This document shows, piece by piece, positions 9,309 to 19,419 of a DNA stretch of 64,000 nt (within the stretch, counting starts at the first letter, position 1; every line of letters starts with the position of its first letter). The position numbers and the translations under genes are program-made. The DNA is from Bacteroidia bacterium (lineage in GTDB: Bacteria > Bacteroidota > Bacteroidia > UKL13-3): positions 5,264 through 69,263 of the forward strand of contig JALONP010000025.1 in the NCBI GenBank assembly GCA_025454875.1. Direction: 5' to 3'. The notes beneath the pieces are model-generated. The model was not told where the DNA came from and made no database searches. It saw only the letters and a program-made list of their open reading frames with translations.

Positions 9309-10946
9309 TTAGTGTTGAATTAAAATTGGATAATATTGGTAACGTTCACCAATTTGAATCCGCAATACATACATTCCATTTTGAACCGATTGAACAAAAA
9401 GGGTTTGTTGTGTTGCTGGAATCGTCAGTTGTTTGCCTTGCAAGGTAAACAATGAAGGTCGATAATCGCCAGTATATTGTGACGAAATGTGTATTTGGTC
9501 GCTAGACGGGTTTGGGTAAATATGAAAGGTAGGCAAGCCAACTTCTTCAACGGATGATGTAATATCGATTTTGGCAACGATTGGAATACTAATCACACTT
9601 TGACCGGGAATATTGGTTACCAATCGCAGCGTGTCTTTCACCAACGTATCGTTTGAGCCCATCGAATTATATTTAATTACAAGCGTTTTGCTGCTATCAG
9701 GAGCAACAATTGCTGCAGCTTCATTTGCCACAGCAAAGCGCGGGTCGCTCAATCCGGCCACATAGTTAAATGACGTATTTCCTGAATTGGCCAAACTCAA
9801 TGAAACGCTATCAAGTAATATCGTGGCTCCACCTATCACCTTCATTTCTACTGCGCTCGTATCAATGGTTATTTTGCGAACAACTGGTGCAGTAGAGTTG
9901 CCTGCCAAAACACTTATACGCTCTATAAATTCTGGATGGTCAATAAATGGATTGCGGTTATTTTGAAATGTAAAAATAGATTCATTGCGGTTGCGGTGTG
10001 CTGCTGTTGGAGCATACTGCAAATGCCATTCACGCAATATGGATTCTTGTGGAGCAAAAAAGTTTGCATAGTCTTGGTAGCGCAATACAAAATACATCAT
10101 TGCCCTTGCAACAGCTCCTTTGTGTTCATTTCGCGGTTCAAAAACAGCTCCATTAAACTTGCTGCCACCCACATTCCAAATCGGGTTGTTCACAGTTCCA
10201 AATGGGTAATTGCTTCGCGTACTATTGGCGGTTTCATCCGTAGGGAACAAGTGGTGCAAATCACATTGCATGGGTGTGGCTGAGTTAAACAAACTTTGTG
10301 GCCACGTATGCTCCGTATTAAAATTATCATTAGTTTGAGCATCTTGCCTATTGGTATAACCAATGGCTTGCCTGCCGGTATACACACATTCCAAGGTGTT
10401 TTGCGAAGCGCCACCGCCATTTGTTCGTTGGTTGTCTAAGGTCATAAACATATAATCACGTGAGCCATTGTAGCTACAACTTGCCTGTCCAGTACTGATA
10501 ATGGTTTTAAGCGCTGTTTTGAGCGCTTCTTCACTTAGGTTTTGTGTTGCGGCATAATAGGGCTCATTGTAGGTTCCGGAGCCACTTAAACCTACACTCA
10601 TACTCACATTCCGGGCATTGCTTACAATGTATAAATGGCCAGCTACTTGGGTATTGTGTTTGGGTTTAAAACGCACCCAAATGGTTTTAGGTTGTGATGG
10701 GGTAATGGTGAATGGCGAAAATAAAACACTGAACGCGGGATGAGTGCAAAAAAGTTGCTTTACTTCGATGCTTGAATCAGATGTTACAATCAATTCTGAA
10801 ATACTTAAAGTGAGGGGCAAACTATCTGTAATACCTGTTTGAACAGTACCGAATGTTAACCGTGAAAAAGTTGAATTGAGTTGTTGTGCGTGTGAAGTGA
10901 AAAACACAAACAAGGAAATAATCAAAAGGAAATGTTTGGCAAGCAT
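9309..10946 (-). CDS. Extracellular endonuclease I family nuclease with T9SS C-terminal sorting domain
   Basis: Endonuclease_1 motifs are NTEHTWPQS, DLHHLFPTD, NSTRSNYPFG and RGAVARAMMYF. It is flanked by beta-sandwich-like segments. The C-terminus YPNPSSDQIHISS...MYVLRIQIG is a type A T9SS tail. ATG at 10946 precedes the signal peptide. Confidence 0.85.
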   Translation of the reverse strand: MLAKHFLLIISLFVFFTSHAQQLNSTFSRLTFGTVQTGITDSLPLTLSISELIVTSDSSIEVKQLFCTHPAFSVLFSPFTITPSQPKTIWVRFKPKHNTQVAGHLYIVSNARNVSMSVGLSGSGTYNEPYYAATQNLSEEALKTALKTIISTGQASCSYNGSRDYMFMTLDNQRTNGGGASQNTLECVYTGRQAIGYTNRQDAQTNDNFNTEHTWPQSLFNSATPMQCDLHHLFPTDETANSTRSNYPFGTVNNPIWNVGGSKFNGAVFEPRNEHKGAVARAMMYFVLRYQDYANFFAPQESILREWHLQYAPTAAHRNRNESIFTFQNNRNPFIDHPEFIERISVLAGNSTAPVVRKITIDTSAVEMKVIGGATILLDSVSLSLANSGNTSFNYVAGLSDPRFAVANEAAAIVAPDSSKTLVIKYNSMGSNDTLVKDTLRLVTNIPGQSVISIPIVAKIDITSSVEEVGLPTFHIYPNPSSDQIHISSQYTGDYRPSLFTLQGKQLTIPATQQTLFVQSVQNGMYVLRIQIGERYQYYPILIQH

Positions 10947-11022
10947 GGTATAACTTTGGTAAGCGAAATTACACATTTAGCCCATACATCATTATTTTCG
11001 CCCCACTTTTAACAATTATATC

Positions 11023-12369
11023 ATGGAATTATCTGCACTTACCGCTATTTCACCCATTGATGGCCGTTACCGTAAACAAACAGCCCCACTGGCTGCTTTT
11101 TACTCAGAGTACGCGCTTATTCAATACCGTGTATTGGTGGAAATCGAGTATTTTATAGCATTGGCAGAGTTGCCTTTGCCTCAATTAAAAGGTTTATTGA
11201 GTGCAGGTGGTAAAAAAGAGTTGCGAGAGCTGTACATCCAATTTAGTGAACAAGATGCATTGCGCATTAAAACCATTGAACAAACAACCAACCACGATGT
11301 AAAGGCTGTGGAGTACTTTTTGAAAGAAAAACTAGAAGCCATGGGTCTTGGTTCAGTCACTGAGTTTATCCATTTTGGTTTAACCTCACAGGACATTAAC
11401 AATACCGCCATTCCATTAACTATTAAAGAAGCAAACGAACAAGCAATCTTCCCTAAAATAACAGATTTGGTTGATACACTTACCAAATTAGCCACCAAAT
11501 GGAAATCTGTTCCAATGCTTGCGCATACGCACGGTCAACCTGCTTCACCAACTAAATTGGGCAAAGAAATCATGGTGTTTGTAGAGCGTTTGCAAGTGCA
11601 ACTATTTCAATTATCAGAAGTACCGTACGCAGCTAAATTTGGCGGTGCCACCGGAAATTTTAATGCGCACCATATTGCATACCCTAAAGTAGATTGGGTT
11701 GGTTTTGCTAATAACTTTTTGGCTTCTATTGGGCTGGAGCGCTCGCAGTACACAACCCAAATAGAACATTACGATAACCTTGCTGCTATGTTCGATGCAT
11801 ATAAACGCATCAATACCATTCTTATTGATTTGTGCCGAGATACCTGGCAATACATTTCAATGGAATACTTTAAACAACAGCTTAAAGAAGGAGAGGTAGG
11901 CTCATCGGCAATGCCGCATAAAGTGAATCCAATTGATTTTGAAAATGCTGAAGGAAATTTGGGTATTGCCAATGCCTTACTTGAACACTTGTCTGCTAAA
12001 TTGCCTGTGTCACGTTTGCAGCGCGACTTAACAGATTCAACCGTATTGCGCAATATTGGCGTTCCAATGTCGCATATGCTTATCTCTTACAATTCAATTG
12101 CCAAAGGTTTGGGTAAATTATTGCTCAACGAACCTGCATTGGAAGCACACCTAGAAGCCAACTGGGCAGTAGTAGCCGAGGCTATTCAAACGGTTTTGCG
12201 TAGGGAAGGTTACCCTAAGCCGTACGAGGCTTTAAAGGCGCTCACACGCACCAACCGTAAAATTACCTCAAAGGATATTGCTAAATTTATTGATACATTA
12301 AAGGTTTCGGCAAAGGTGAAAACCGAATTGAAAAAAATAACCCCACACAATTATACTGGAGTTTACTAA
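11023..12369 (+). CDS. purB: Adenylosuccinate lyase
   Basis: 448 aa. Has SPIDGRY at the N-terminus, HFGLTSQDINNTA, and the GSSAMPHKVNPIDFEN fumarate-lyase signature. Confidence 0.95.
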   Translation: MELSALTAISPIDGRYRKQTAPLAAFYSEYALIQYRVLVEIEYFIALAELPLPQLKGLLSAGGKKELRELYIQFSEQDALRIKTIEQTTNHDVKAVEYFLKEKLEAMGLGSVTEFIHFGLTSQDINNTAIPLTIKEANEQAIFPKITDLVDTLTKLATKWKSVPMLAHTHGQPASPTKLGKEIMVFVERLQVQLFQLSEVPYAAKFGGATGNFNAHHIAYPKVDWVGFANNFLASIGLERSQYTTQIEHYDNLAAMFDAYKRINTILIDLCRDTWQYISMEYFKQQLKEGEVGSSAMPHKVNPIDFENAEGNLGIANALLEHLSAKLPVSRLQRDLTDSTVLRNIGVPMSHMLISYNSIAKGLGKLLLNEPALEAHLEANWAVVAEAIQTVLRREGYPKPYEALKALTRTNRKITSKDIAKFIDTLKVSAKVKTELKKITPHNYTGVY

Positions 12370-13409
12370 ACTGTTACTATCACATCCGGACTTGTAGGGT
12401 GCGACTGGCATAACAATATTCGGCCATTTGCTACTTCGCTATCCGTTAGTACTTCGTTGTAGTCCATCCTAACAGTGCCATTGGTGCGTGTTGCCACGCA
12501 GGTACTGCACATACCTGATTTGCAACTGTAGGGTAAATCAATTCCATGTTTTAACCCAATATCTAAAATGGTTTCCGTGTATGGAACAGCAAGTGTGTAT
12601 TGCTTTTCGCCTGCATGTAAATGAACGGTGTAAGTATTGGTATCTGTTGGTATTTTTACAGTATCATCATCGTCATCTGCTTCATCTTCGGGCAATACAA
12701 ATGTTTCCTTCTTAATTTGATTAGCTTCAAAGCCCATTCCCAGCAACACAATTTTACACATTAACATATAATCAGCAGGTCCGCAGGTATAAAACAAGGC
12801 ATCTTCTCGGTTGTGCTTTACATATTGCTTCACTAATTTTTCAAGTACATCACGGTTTAAGCGAGCCATACTCAAGTTCTTAGCATTGCTCCACAAATAC
12901 ACCAAGTTTAATCGGGTTGGATATTGTTTTTGCAGGGTATTTAGTTCTTCCAAAAACAACGTATGTTCAGGTGATCTATTGCTGTATACAAGGGTAATTT
13001 CAGAGAGTGGTTCATAAACCAACGCAGCAAGCAACATGCTGCGTAAGGGTGCAATACCTGTTCCTGCTCCTATTAAAAACAATGAACGTTTGATTTGGGC
13101 ATTGGGCACAAACGTAAATTGTCCGTTGGGTGGCAAACAATAGAGTTGTTGGCCTACTTGTACCGTATCATGTAACCAGCGCGAAAACACACCATTATCT
13201 ATTCGTTTTACGGTAATAAAAGGAGTGTCTTCATCGGGCGAACTGCAAATAGAATAGGTTCTGCGTACCTCTTTACCACTAATGGTTGCAATAAGGGTTA
13301 GGTATTGCCCAGCTACAAAATCAAGTGGTGAATCGGTTTTAAAGTAAAACGATTTGGTTTCGTTTGGTTGGGTAATGATTTGGGCAATAACGAGTGGTAG
13401 CCGTTCCAT
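12366..13409 (-). CDS. Ferredoxin-NADP reductase-type oxidoreductase with C-terminal 2Fe-2S ferredoxin domain (PaaE-like architecture)
   Basis: FAD-binding RTYSICS, NAD-binding LIGAGTGIAP, and the C-terminal cluster CKSGMCSTC...LLC. Confidence 0.8.
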   Translation of the reverse strand: MERLPLVIAQIITQPNETKSFYFKTDSPLDFVAGQYLTLIATISGKEVRRTYSICSSPDEDTPFITVKRIDNGVFSRWLHDTVQVGQQLYCLPPNGQFTFVPNAQIKRSLFLIGAGTGIAPLRSMLLAALVYEPLSEITLVYSNRSPEHTLFLEELNTLQKQYPTRLNLVYLWSNAKNLSMARLNRDVLEKLVKQYVKHNREDALFYTCGPADYMLMCKIVLLGMGFEANQIKKETFVLPEDEADDDDDTVKIPTDTNTYTVHLHAGEKQYTLAVPYTETILDIGLKHGIDLPYSCKSGMCSTCVATRTNGTVRMDYNEVLTDSEVANGRILLCQSHPTSPDVIVTV

Positions 13410-13427
13410 TCAAACAAAACAATGTAA

Positions 13428-13928
13428 TTAAAGCAGCTTTTCAATGGCTTTTTTAATGGAAGGTGAGGTGGGTTTGGTAAATGGGAAAAAATAGTCAACG
13501 ACTTTTCCGTTACGGTCTACCAAGTATTTGTGAAAATTCCATTTGGGTGCGATGCCTATTGTGCCATTTTGGTTGCGGTTGCTTAAAAATTGAAACAATG
13601 GATGAGCCATTGGTCCTTTTACATGCACACGATCAAAGACAGGAAAGGTGGTTCTAAAATGAAGTGAGCAAAACGATTGCAATGCTTGTCCCTGCAAAGG
13701 TTCTTGCCTGCCAAAATCATTTGATGGAAACGCCAATACTGCAAAGCCTTTATCACTGTACAGTTTGTACAATTCTTCCAATTGTTGGTATTGGGGTGTG
13801 AACCCACATTCCGATGCCGTGTTCACAATGAGCAGTACCTTGTTTTGGTATTCGCTTAGCGATACAGTTGTACCTTCAAGGGTTTGCACTGTGTATGCAT
13901 AAATAGGAGAAAGCAGTGTTTGGTTCAT
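13428..13928 (-). CDS. Glutathione peroxidase
   Basis: 166 aa with LIVNTASECGFTPQY, LAFPSNDFGRQEP and KWNFHKYLVD motifs. Confidence 0.9.
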   Translation of the reverse strand: MNQTLLSPIYAYTVQTLEGTTVSLSEYQNKVLLIVNTASECGFTPQYQQLEELYKLYSDKGFAVLAFPSNDFGRQEPLQGQALQSFCSLHFRTTFPVFDRVHVKGPMAHPLFQFLSNRNQNGTIGIAPKWNFHKYLVDRNGKVVDYFFPFTKPTSPSIKKAIEKLL

Positions 13929-14010
13929 TTACTTTTTAACAATCATACAGGGTGATTGTTTAAGGTGATAATAATCATACCTGGTGCAGCAAACACAAAT
14001 TTTACATTTG

Positions 14011-14253
14011 ATGGCTTCATCAATGGAAGTTTTTTTAATTTATCCGGTTTTTATTGGCATTGCCATAGCAGTTGCTGAGTTGGCCCGCCAACGCGGCTAC
14101 TCAGGCCGCTGGTGGTTTGTAATTGCCCTGATCCTTCCAATCATTTCCATATTTATCTTATTGCTTTTTCCTTCCAAAACACCTCGTAAAAAGCATATCA
14201 ATCCGAAATGGAAAAATACTCCAACAACAGATAAAGTAATTTTTCGCAAATAG
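14011..14253 (+). CDS. Small two-TM membrane protein, hypothetical
   Basis: ORF 13984-14253 with two hydrophobic helices and a basic tail. The start is uncertain (GTG 13984, ATG 14011 or ATG 14023). Confidence 0.4.
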   Translation: MASSMEVFLIYPVFIGIAIAVAELARQRGYSGRWWFVIALILPIISIFILLLFPSKTPRKKHINPKWKNTPTTDKVIFRK

Positions 14254-14269
14254 TATTTATTTTGCAACT

Positions 14270-14923
14270 GTGATTCAATGGTGGAAAATTGCAGGCGTAT
14301 TGCTAGTGTTTTATGCGCTCATTGCAGGGTTATTATTGCCGGTGCCTCAACTGGCTATATTGGAACAAAGCATTCGTAACTTGTATTACCATGTTCCTAT
14401 GTGGTTCGGAATGTTGGCTTTGTTGTTTGCCTCAACCGTAAATGCCATTCGCTTCTTAAATAAAGGTTCGCTTGTTTCAGATATTCGCTCAGAAGCATAT
14501 GCTAATATAGCAATGGTTTATGGAGTAATGGGTTTACTCACAGGAATGATTTGGGCAAAAAATACATGGGGTGCTTATTGGACTAACGATCCAAAGTTGA
14601 ACAGCGCAGCTATTGGAATGCTCATGTATTTAGCCTACATGGTGCTTCGCTCATCAATGGATGATGAAGAAAAACGCGCTCGTGTTTCAGCGGTATACAA
14701 TGTATTTTGTTTCCCCATTTTTGTAGTGCTCATTTTTGTGCTTCCTCGTTTAACTGATTCACTCCACCCTGGCAATGGAGGCAATCCTGGTTTTAATGCA
14801 TATGATTTAGACAGCCGCCTGCGCATGGTGTTTTACCCTGCAGTTATTGGTTGGACATTAATTGGGTTTTGGCTAGCCGACTTACGTATTCGAATTCAAA
14901 AAATAGAACGACCATTATCATGA
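14270..14923 (+). CDS. ccmC: Cytochrome c biogenesis heme exporter protein CcmC
   Basis: 217 aa, polytopic, with the Trp-rich WAKNTWGAYWTNDPK (WWD-type) motif. It is the first gene of the ccmCDEF run. Confidence 0.8.
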   Translation: MIQWWKIAGVLLVFYALIAGLLLPVPQLAILEQSIRNLYYHVPMWFGMLALLFASTVNAIRFLNKGSLVSDIRSEAYANIAMVYGVMGLLTGMIWAKNTWGAYWTNDPKLNSAAIGMLMYLAYMVLRSSMDDEEKRARVSAVYNVFCFPIFVVLIFVLPRLTDSLHPGNGGNPGFNAYDLDSRLRMVFYPAVIGWTLIGFWLADLRIRIQKIERPLS

Positions 14924-15102
14924 TACCAATTTTAAATGCCATTTTAATCCAAGTGCAACATACTGCCGACATGCAGAATGCAGATGATACCCAAAAGTTT
15001 TTTGTTGTGGTAGCCGTAATTGCAGTATTGTTTGCTGGCATTACAGCCTACCTGATTTCAATCGACCGAAAATTAAAAAAAGTAGAGTCAACCCAAAATT
15101 GA
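14920..15102 (+). CDS. ccmD: CcmD-like small membrane protein
   Basis: 60 aa with a single TM helix and a basic tail (SIDRKLKKVES). Its ATG overlaps the ccmC stop (ATGA at 14920-14923). Confidence 0.6.
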   Translation: MIPILNAILIQVQHTADMQNADDTQKFFVVVAVIAVLFAGITAYLISIDRKLKKVESTQN

Positions 15103-15103
15103 T

Positions 15104-15499
15104 ATGAAAAAATCATCCATCATCATCATTGTTTTAATCGCAGTGGCCATTGGTGCAATTTTAAGCTCTTATGGCGATGCCAGTACTTACGAAGGTTTTG
15201 AAGTAGCAACCGAAAATAAAGGTAAAGAGTACCACGTAGTAGGCACTTTAAACCGCCAAAAGGAAACATATTACGATCCGCAAAAAGACGCAAACTATTT
15301 TACCTTTTACTTGATTGATGAAAAAGGTGAAGAACGCAAAGTAATTTACCGCGCTCCCGAACCTCAAGATTTCGAGCGTTCTGAAAAAATTGTAATCATT
15401 GGTAAAATCGATGGAGATCATTTTGAAGCATCTAAAATATTGTTAAAATGCCCTTCTAAATACAATGAAGGTCAAGCTCCAGGAACTTCGGCTTCGTAA
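15104..15499 (+). CDS. ccmE: Cytochrome c maturation heme chaperone CcmE, Cys-type (CXXXY)
   Basis: 131 aa with an N-terminal anchor and an OB-fold-like body. ILLKCPSKY (nt 15449-15463) aligns to the E. coli LAKHDENY heme-binding motif. Confidence 0.8.
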   Translation: MKKSSIIIIVLIAVAIGAILSSYGDASTYEGFEVATENKGKEYHVVGTLNRQKETYYDPQKDANYFTFYLIDEKGEERKVIYRAPEPQDFERSEKIVIIGKIDGDHFEASKILLKCPSKYNEGQAPGTSAS

Positions 15500-15604
15500 G
15501 CGTTTGTCATTTTACCAATACAAATTGGTATTGCCTTGTGTTAAACACAAAATAACCGTTCCGATTGTTACATTTGCACCCGCTTACACTAAGGGTATTA
15601 TTAC

Positions 15605-18013
15605 ATGAATGAAGTAGTTTTTGAAGGCGAACGCCTTTTATATGGTAACCTCGGGCATTTTGCTGTGGTGCTGGCTTTTGGTACATCGATATTGGCAACA
15701 ATCTCATTTGGTTTTGCCGAATGGAAACAAGATTCTTCTTGGAGCAAATTAGCTAAATGGGCTTTTCATGTGCATTCAGTAGCTGTGCTGGCCATCATTG
15801 GAACATTGTTTTATATTATTCACCAACATTTGTTCGAATACCATTATGCATGGCAACACTCCTCACGTGATTTGCCTGTTGAATACATGATTTCGTGTTT
15901 TTGGGAAGGGCAAGAGGGAAGTTTTCTGTTGTGGATTTTTTGGCAAATGGTCATCGGTAATATCTTATTATTTACCGCAGGTAAATACACCAACAGTGTA
16001 ATGGCCGTGCTCATGTTGTCGCAAGTTGCTCTTACCTCCATGCTTATTGGTATTTATGTACTTGGGTATAAATTGGGAAGCAGTCCATTTGCGCTGTTAC
16101 GCGATGCCATGGCTAATGCGCCTATTTTTAAGCGCCCCAATTATTTACAGAACATAACAGATGGCAATGGTTTAAACCCGCTGTTGCAAAATTATTGGAT
16201 GGTAATTCACCCGCCAACGTTATTTTTCGGATTTGCCACAACCGTTGTTCCATTTGCATATGCAATTGCTTCCCTTTGGAAAAAAGATTATACCGGATGG
16301 CTTAAACCTGCCTTGCCTTGGGCACTTATTAGTGTAATGGTTCTTGGTACTGGAATTATCATGGGTGGTTTTTGGGCGTATGAAAGCTTAAGTTTTGGCG
16401 GCTATTGGGCTTGGGATCCGGTTGAAAATGCATCGTTAATTCCTTGGCTTATCTTAATTGCGGGCGTTCATGTGATGTTAATTTACAAACATTCGGGTAA
16501 TGCACTTGGGGTAGCTTATATCCTCATTATCGCTACATTTTTACTTGTTTTATACGCTACATTTCTTACCCGCAGCGGCATACTTGGAAATGCATCTGTA
16601 CACTCTTTTACCGATTTAGGTATGAGCGGGCAGTTGCTTGTGTTTTTATTAGGATTTGTGCTCCTTGGTATTGTGATGCTTGCGTACAGGTGGAAACAGT
16701 TGCCACTTTCGTCTAAAGATGAAAACGTGTATTCGCGCGAATTTTGGATGTTTATTGGGAGTTTGGTTTTAGTCATTTCAGCGTTCCAAATTATTTTAAC
16801 AACATCCATTCCGGTGTTTAACAAGGTATTTGGAAGCAATTTGGCACCACCTACGGATGTTATTGAACACTACAATAAATGGCAAATGCCCATCTCTATT
16901 ATCATTGCATTGCTCACGGCTGTGGCACATTTGCTAAAGTACAAAACCAATAAGCCAAACGCATTTAAACGCATCGGTGTACAGTTTGCAATTGCAGTAG
17001 TAGCATCTATTGGATTGTATTATGCTTTTGAGTTGCAAAATGTTCTGTATATTGGATTGCTTACTGCTTCCGTATTTGCATTTATTGCAAACGCGTATTT
17101 GCTTAAACCATACTTTACCGGAAAGTTTGAAATGGCAGGCGCTTCAGTTGCACATATCGGATTCGCGGTATTGTTAATTGGTGTATTGGTTTCATCTGCC
17201 AATAAAGAGGTGCTTTCTATTAACCAAAGTGGCATGATGCTTAACCCTGAGTTTGATGCAAAAGCCAATATGGAGCACGTGTACCTCGAAAAAGGCAAAT
17301 CTCTCCGAATGGGCGATTACGAAATTGAATACAAGAGCGATAGTACTGAGTGGGTAAACAACTATTACCAAGTACAGTACCGTAAAATCAATTCCAAAAC
17401 AAACGAAGTTGAATATACATTTGACTTGTATCCAAACGCACAAATCAATCCTAAAATGGGTCTTGTAGCCAACCCCGATACCAAACATTACCTTTCGCAC
17501 GATGTATTTACTTATGTAAGTTCAGTGCCAAAAGAAAAGGGGAGTTCAAATTGGGTTCATCCACAATCGTACGAGGTAAATATTGGCGATACCATTACAA
17601 CCAATACCGGATACGTGATTTTGAAAAAAGTAAACTCCAATGTAAAAGATGGCAAAGTAGACATGAGCAATTTGCAGTTGTTGATTGGAGCAGAGCTCGA
17701 AGTGCACACGCTTGATGGAGTATATCAAGCTCAACCTATGTATGGTATTCAAGATAATTCGGTAGCACAATTTGAGTCGATTGTTGATGAAGCACGCTTG
17801 CGTTTTAAATTCACCAATGTCAATCCCCAAAATGGAAAAATTACCATTGAAGTTGCCGAAAAAGATACATCAAACGACTTCATTATTATGAAGGCCATTA
17901 AGTTTCCTTGGATCAATTTAGTTTGGGGAGGCACCATCATTATGGTAATCGGTTTTTTCTTGGCAATTATCCGAAGGGTCAAAGAATACCAAAGGTTAAC
18001 TGTTCAACACTAA
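15605..18013 (+). CDS. ccmF: Cytochrome c heme lyase subunit CcmF
   Basis: 802 aa, polytopic, with the WGGYWAWDPVENASL WWD motif. It sits downstream of ccmE. Confidence 0.9.
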   Translation: MNEVVFEGERLLYGNLGHFAVVLAFGTSILATISFGFAEWKQDSSWSKLAKWAFHVHSVAVLAIIGTLFYIIHQHLFEYHYAWQHSSRDLPVEYMISCFWEGQEGSFLLWIFWQMVIGNILLFTAGKYTNSVMAVLMLSQVALTSMLIGIYVLGYKLGSSPFALLRDAMANAPIFKRPNYLQNITDGNGLNPLLQNYWMVIHPPTLFFGFATTVVPFAYAIASLWKKDYTGWLKPALPWALISVMVLGTGIIMGGFWAYESLSFGGYWAWDPVENASLIPWLILIAGVHVMLIYKHSGNALGVAYILIIATFLLVLYATFLTRSGILGNASVHSFTDLGMSGQLLVFLLGFVLLGIVMLAYRWKQLPLSSKDENVYSREFWMFIGSLVLVISAFQIILTTSIPVFNKVFGSNLAPPTDVIEHYNKWQMPISIIIALLTAVAHLLKYKTNKPNAFKRIGVQFAIAVVASIGLYYAFELQNVLYIGLLTASVFAFIANAYLLKPYFTGKFEMAGASVAHIGFAVLLIGVLVSSANKEVLSINQSGMMLNPEFDAKANMEHVYLEKGKSLRMGDYEIEYKSDSTEWVNNYYQVQYRKINSKTNEVEYTFDLYPNAQINPKMGLVANPDTKHYLSHDVFTYVSSVPKEKGSSNWVHPQSYEVNIGDTITTNTGYVILKKVNSNVKDGKVDMSNLQLLIGAELEVHTLDGVYQAQPMYGIQDNSVAQFESIVDEARLRFKFTNVNPQNGKITIEVAEKDTSNDFIIMKAIKFPWINLVWGGTIIMVIGFFLAIIRRVKEYQRLTVQH

Positions 18014-18062
18014 GCGTTTAAGGACAAAATTCATTTTGTTTAACCAAGGTTAAACATTACAT

Positions 18063-18869
18063 TTGAGGCCATTATCCTCAATTACCTTGAAATCAATTGT
18101 ACTCATCGGAGCAGGAAACGTGGCTACTCACCTCGGACTTTCCCTCCAAAAAGCAGGCTTCGAAATGGCTGCCGTATGCAGCCGCACTTCAACTCATGGC
18201 CAACAACTCGCAACGCTATTAAATAGCAATGCAGTAGATTCTTTAAAAGCAGTACCCTTAAACGCAGGCTTGTACATTATTGCTGTAGCCGATTCGGCCA
18301 TTGAAAGTGTATCTGCTGAGCTGCCCGAAGTAGAGGGGTTGGTAGTCCATACATCAGGTATTGCTCCTTTATCAGTGCTCCATAAACACAAACGTTCGGG
18401 TGTTTTATATCCACTTCAATCAATAAACAAGCAAGTGCCAACCAATTTTGAAAAGGTGCCAATCCTTGTTGAGTCAACCAAAACCCGCGATTTGGAAATA
18501 CTTGAGTTTGTTGCCAACGAGTTAAAAGCAACTCCTTTTCGAATCACTTCTGAACAAAAAAAGATGGTACACTTGGCTGCTGTTTTTGCCAATAACTTTA
18601 CCAACCATTTATACGGAGTCGCTTATCAATTGCTCCAGTCACAAGGTATTTCATTCGATTTGTTATTGCCATTAATAGCCGAAACGGCACGCAAGGTCCA
18701 AACCGAAATTCCACAAACAGTTCAAACAGGTCCTGCAATGCGTAATGATATCGAAACCATACAGGCCCATTTAGAACTGCTTCAGCGCTATCCACAATAC
18801 AGACAGTTGTATGATTTATTTAGCCAAAGTATTCGTAACACCAACCGCGCAAGTACATCCGAAAATTAG
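18063..18869 (+). CDS. Rossmann-like plus DUF2520 domain protein
   Basis: Has LIGAGNVATHLG (Rossmann), VVHTSG, LHLAAVFANNFTNHLY and QTGPAMRND motifs. TTG start. Confidence 0.75.
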   Translation: MRPLSSITLKSIVLIGAGNVATHLGLSLQKAGFEMAAVCSRTSTHGQQLATLLNSNAVDSLKAVPLNAGLYIIAVADSAIESVSAELPEVEGLVVHTSGIAPLSVLHKHKRSGVLYPLQSINKQVPTNFEKVPILVESTKTRDLEILEFVANELKATPFRITSEQKKMVHLAAVFANNFTNHLYGVAYQLLQSQGISFDLLLPLIAETARKVQTEIPQTVQTGPAMRNDIETIQAHLELLQRYPQYRQLYDLFSQSIRNTNRASTSEN

Positions 18870-18881
18870 TATTTTCGCCCT

Positions 18882-19409
18882 ATGGGCAATTACTTAAGCA
18901 AACTTGAACACATTCGTTGTTTTATTTTTGATGTTGATGGCGTACTTACCGATGGAAAAGTATTGGCATTAGCAAGTGGCGAACAAGCACGCTCGTTTTT
19001 GGTTAAAGATGGCTATGGAATTGAACGCGCCTTGCTTGCGGGATATACGGTTGCCATCATTTCAGGTGGTCACCAAGAAGGTGTTGCCAAACGGTTATCG
19101 TTTTTGCATATTAAACACATACACCTTGGCGTTAAGAACAAAGTGGAAGTGTTTACAAATCTTTGTACCGAATTAAACATTGCACCTCACCAAGTTTTAT
19201 ACATGGGCGATGATTGGCCTGATGCAGAAGTAATGCAATTGGCAGGATTGCCTTGTTGCCCTGCCGATGCCACTCAAGAAATTAAAGAAATTGCCGATTA
19301 TGTTTCGTCCTACAAAGGTGGAGAAGGTTGTGTGCGTGATGTAATTGAGAAAGTAATGAAGGTACAAGGAACATGGCGTAAAATGGAAGGTGAACGTATT
19401 AATAATTAA
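18882..19409 (+). CDS. kdsC: 3-deoxy-D-manno-octulosonate 8-phosphate phosphatase (HAD family)
   Basis: 175 aa with FIFDVDGVLTDG, VKDGYG, ISGG and MGDDWPD motifs. Confidence 0.85.
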   Translation: MGNYLSKLEHIRCFIFDVDGVLTDGKVLALASGEQARSFLVKDGYGIERALLAGYTVAIISGGHQEGVAKRLSFLHIKHIHLGVKNKVEVFTNLCTELNIAPHQVLYMGDDWPDAEVMQLAGLPCCPADATQEIKEIADYVSSYKGGEGCVRDVIEKVMKVQGTWRKMEGERINN

Positions 19410-19419
19410 GAGTGAGCAT

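Noticed and set aside
14851-14919. N-terminal extension of the ccmD ORF
   Set aside because: The extension overlaps ccmC in another frame. The ATG at 14920 forms an ATGA overlap with the ccmC stop and yields a typical single-TM CcmD.
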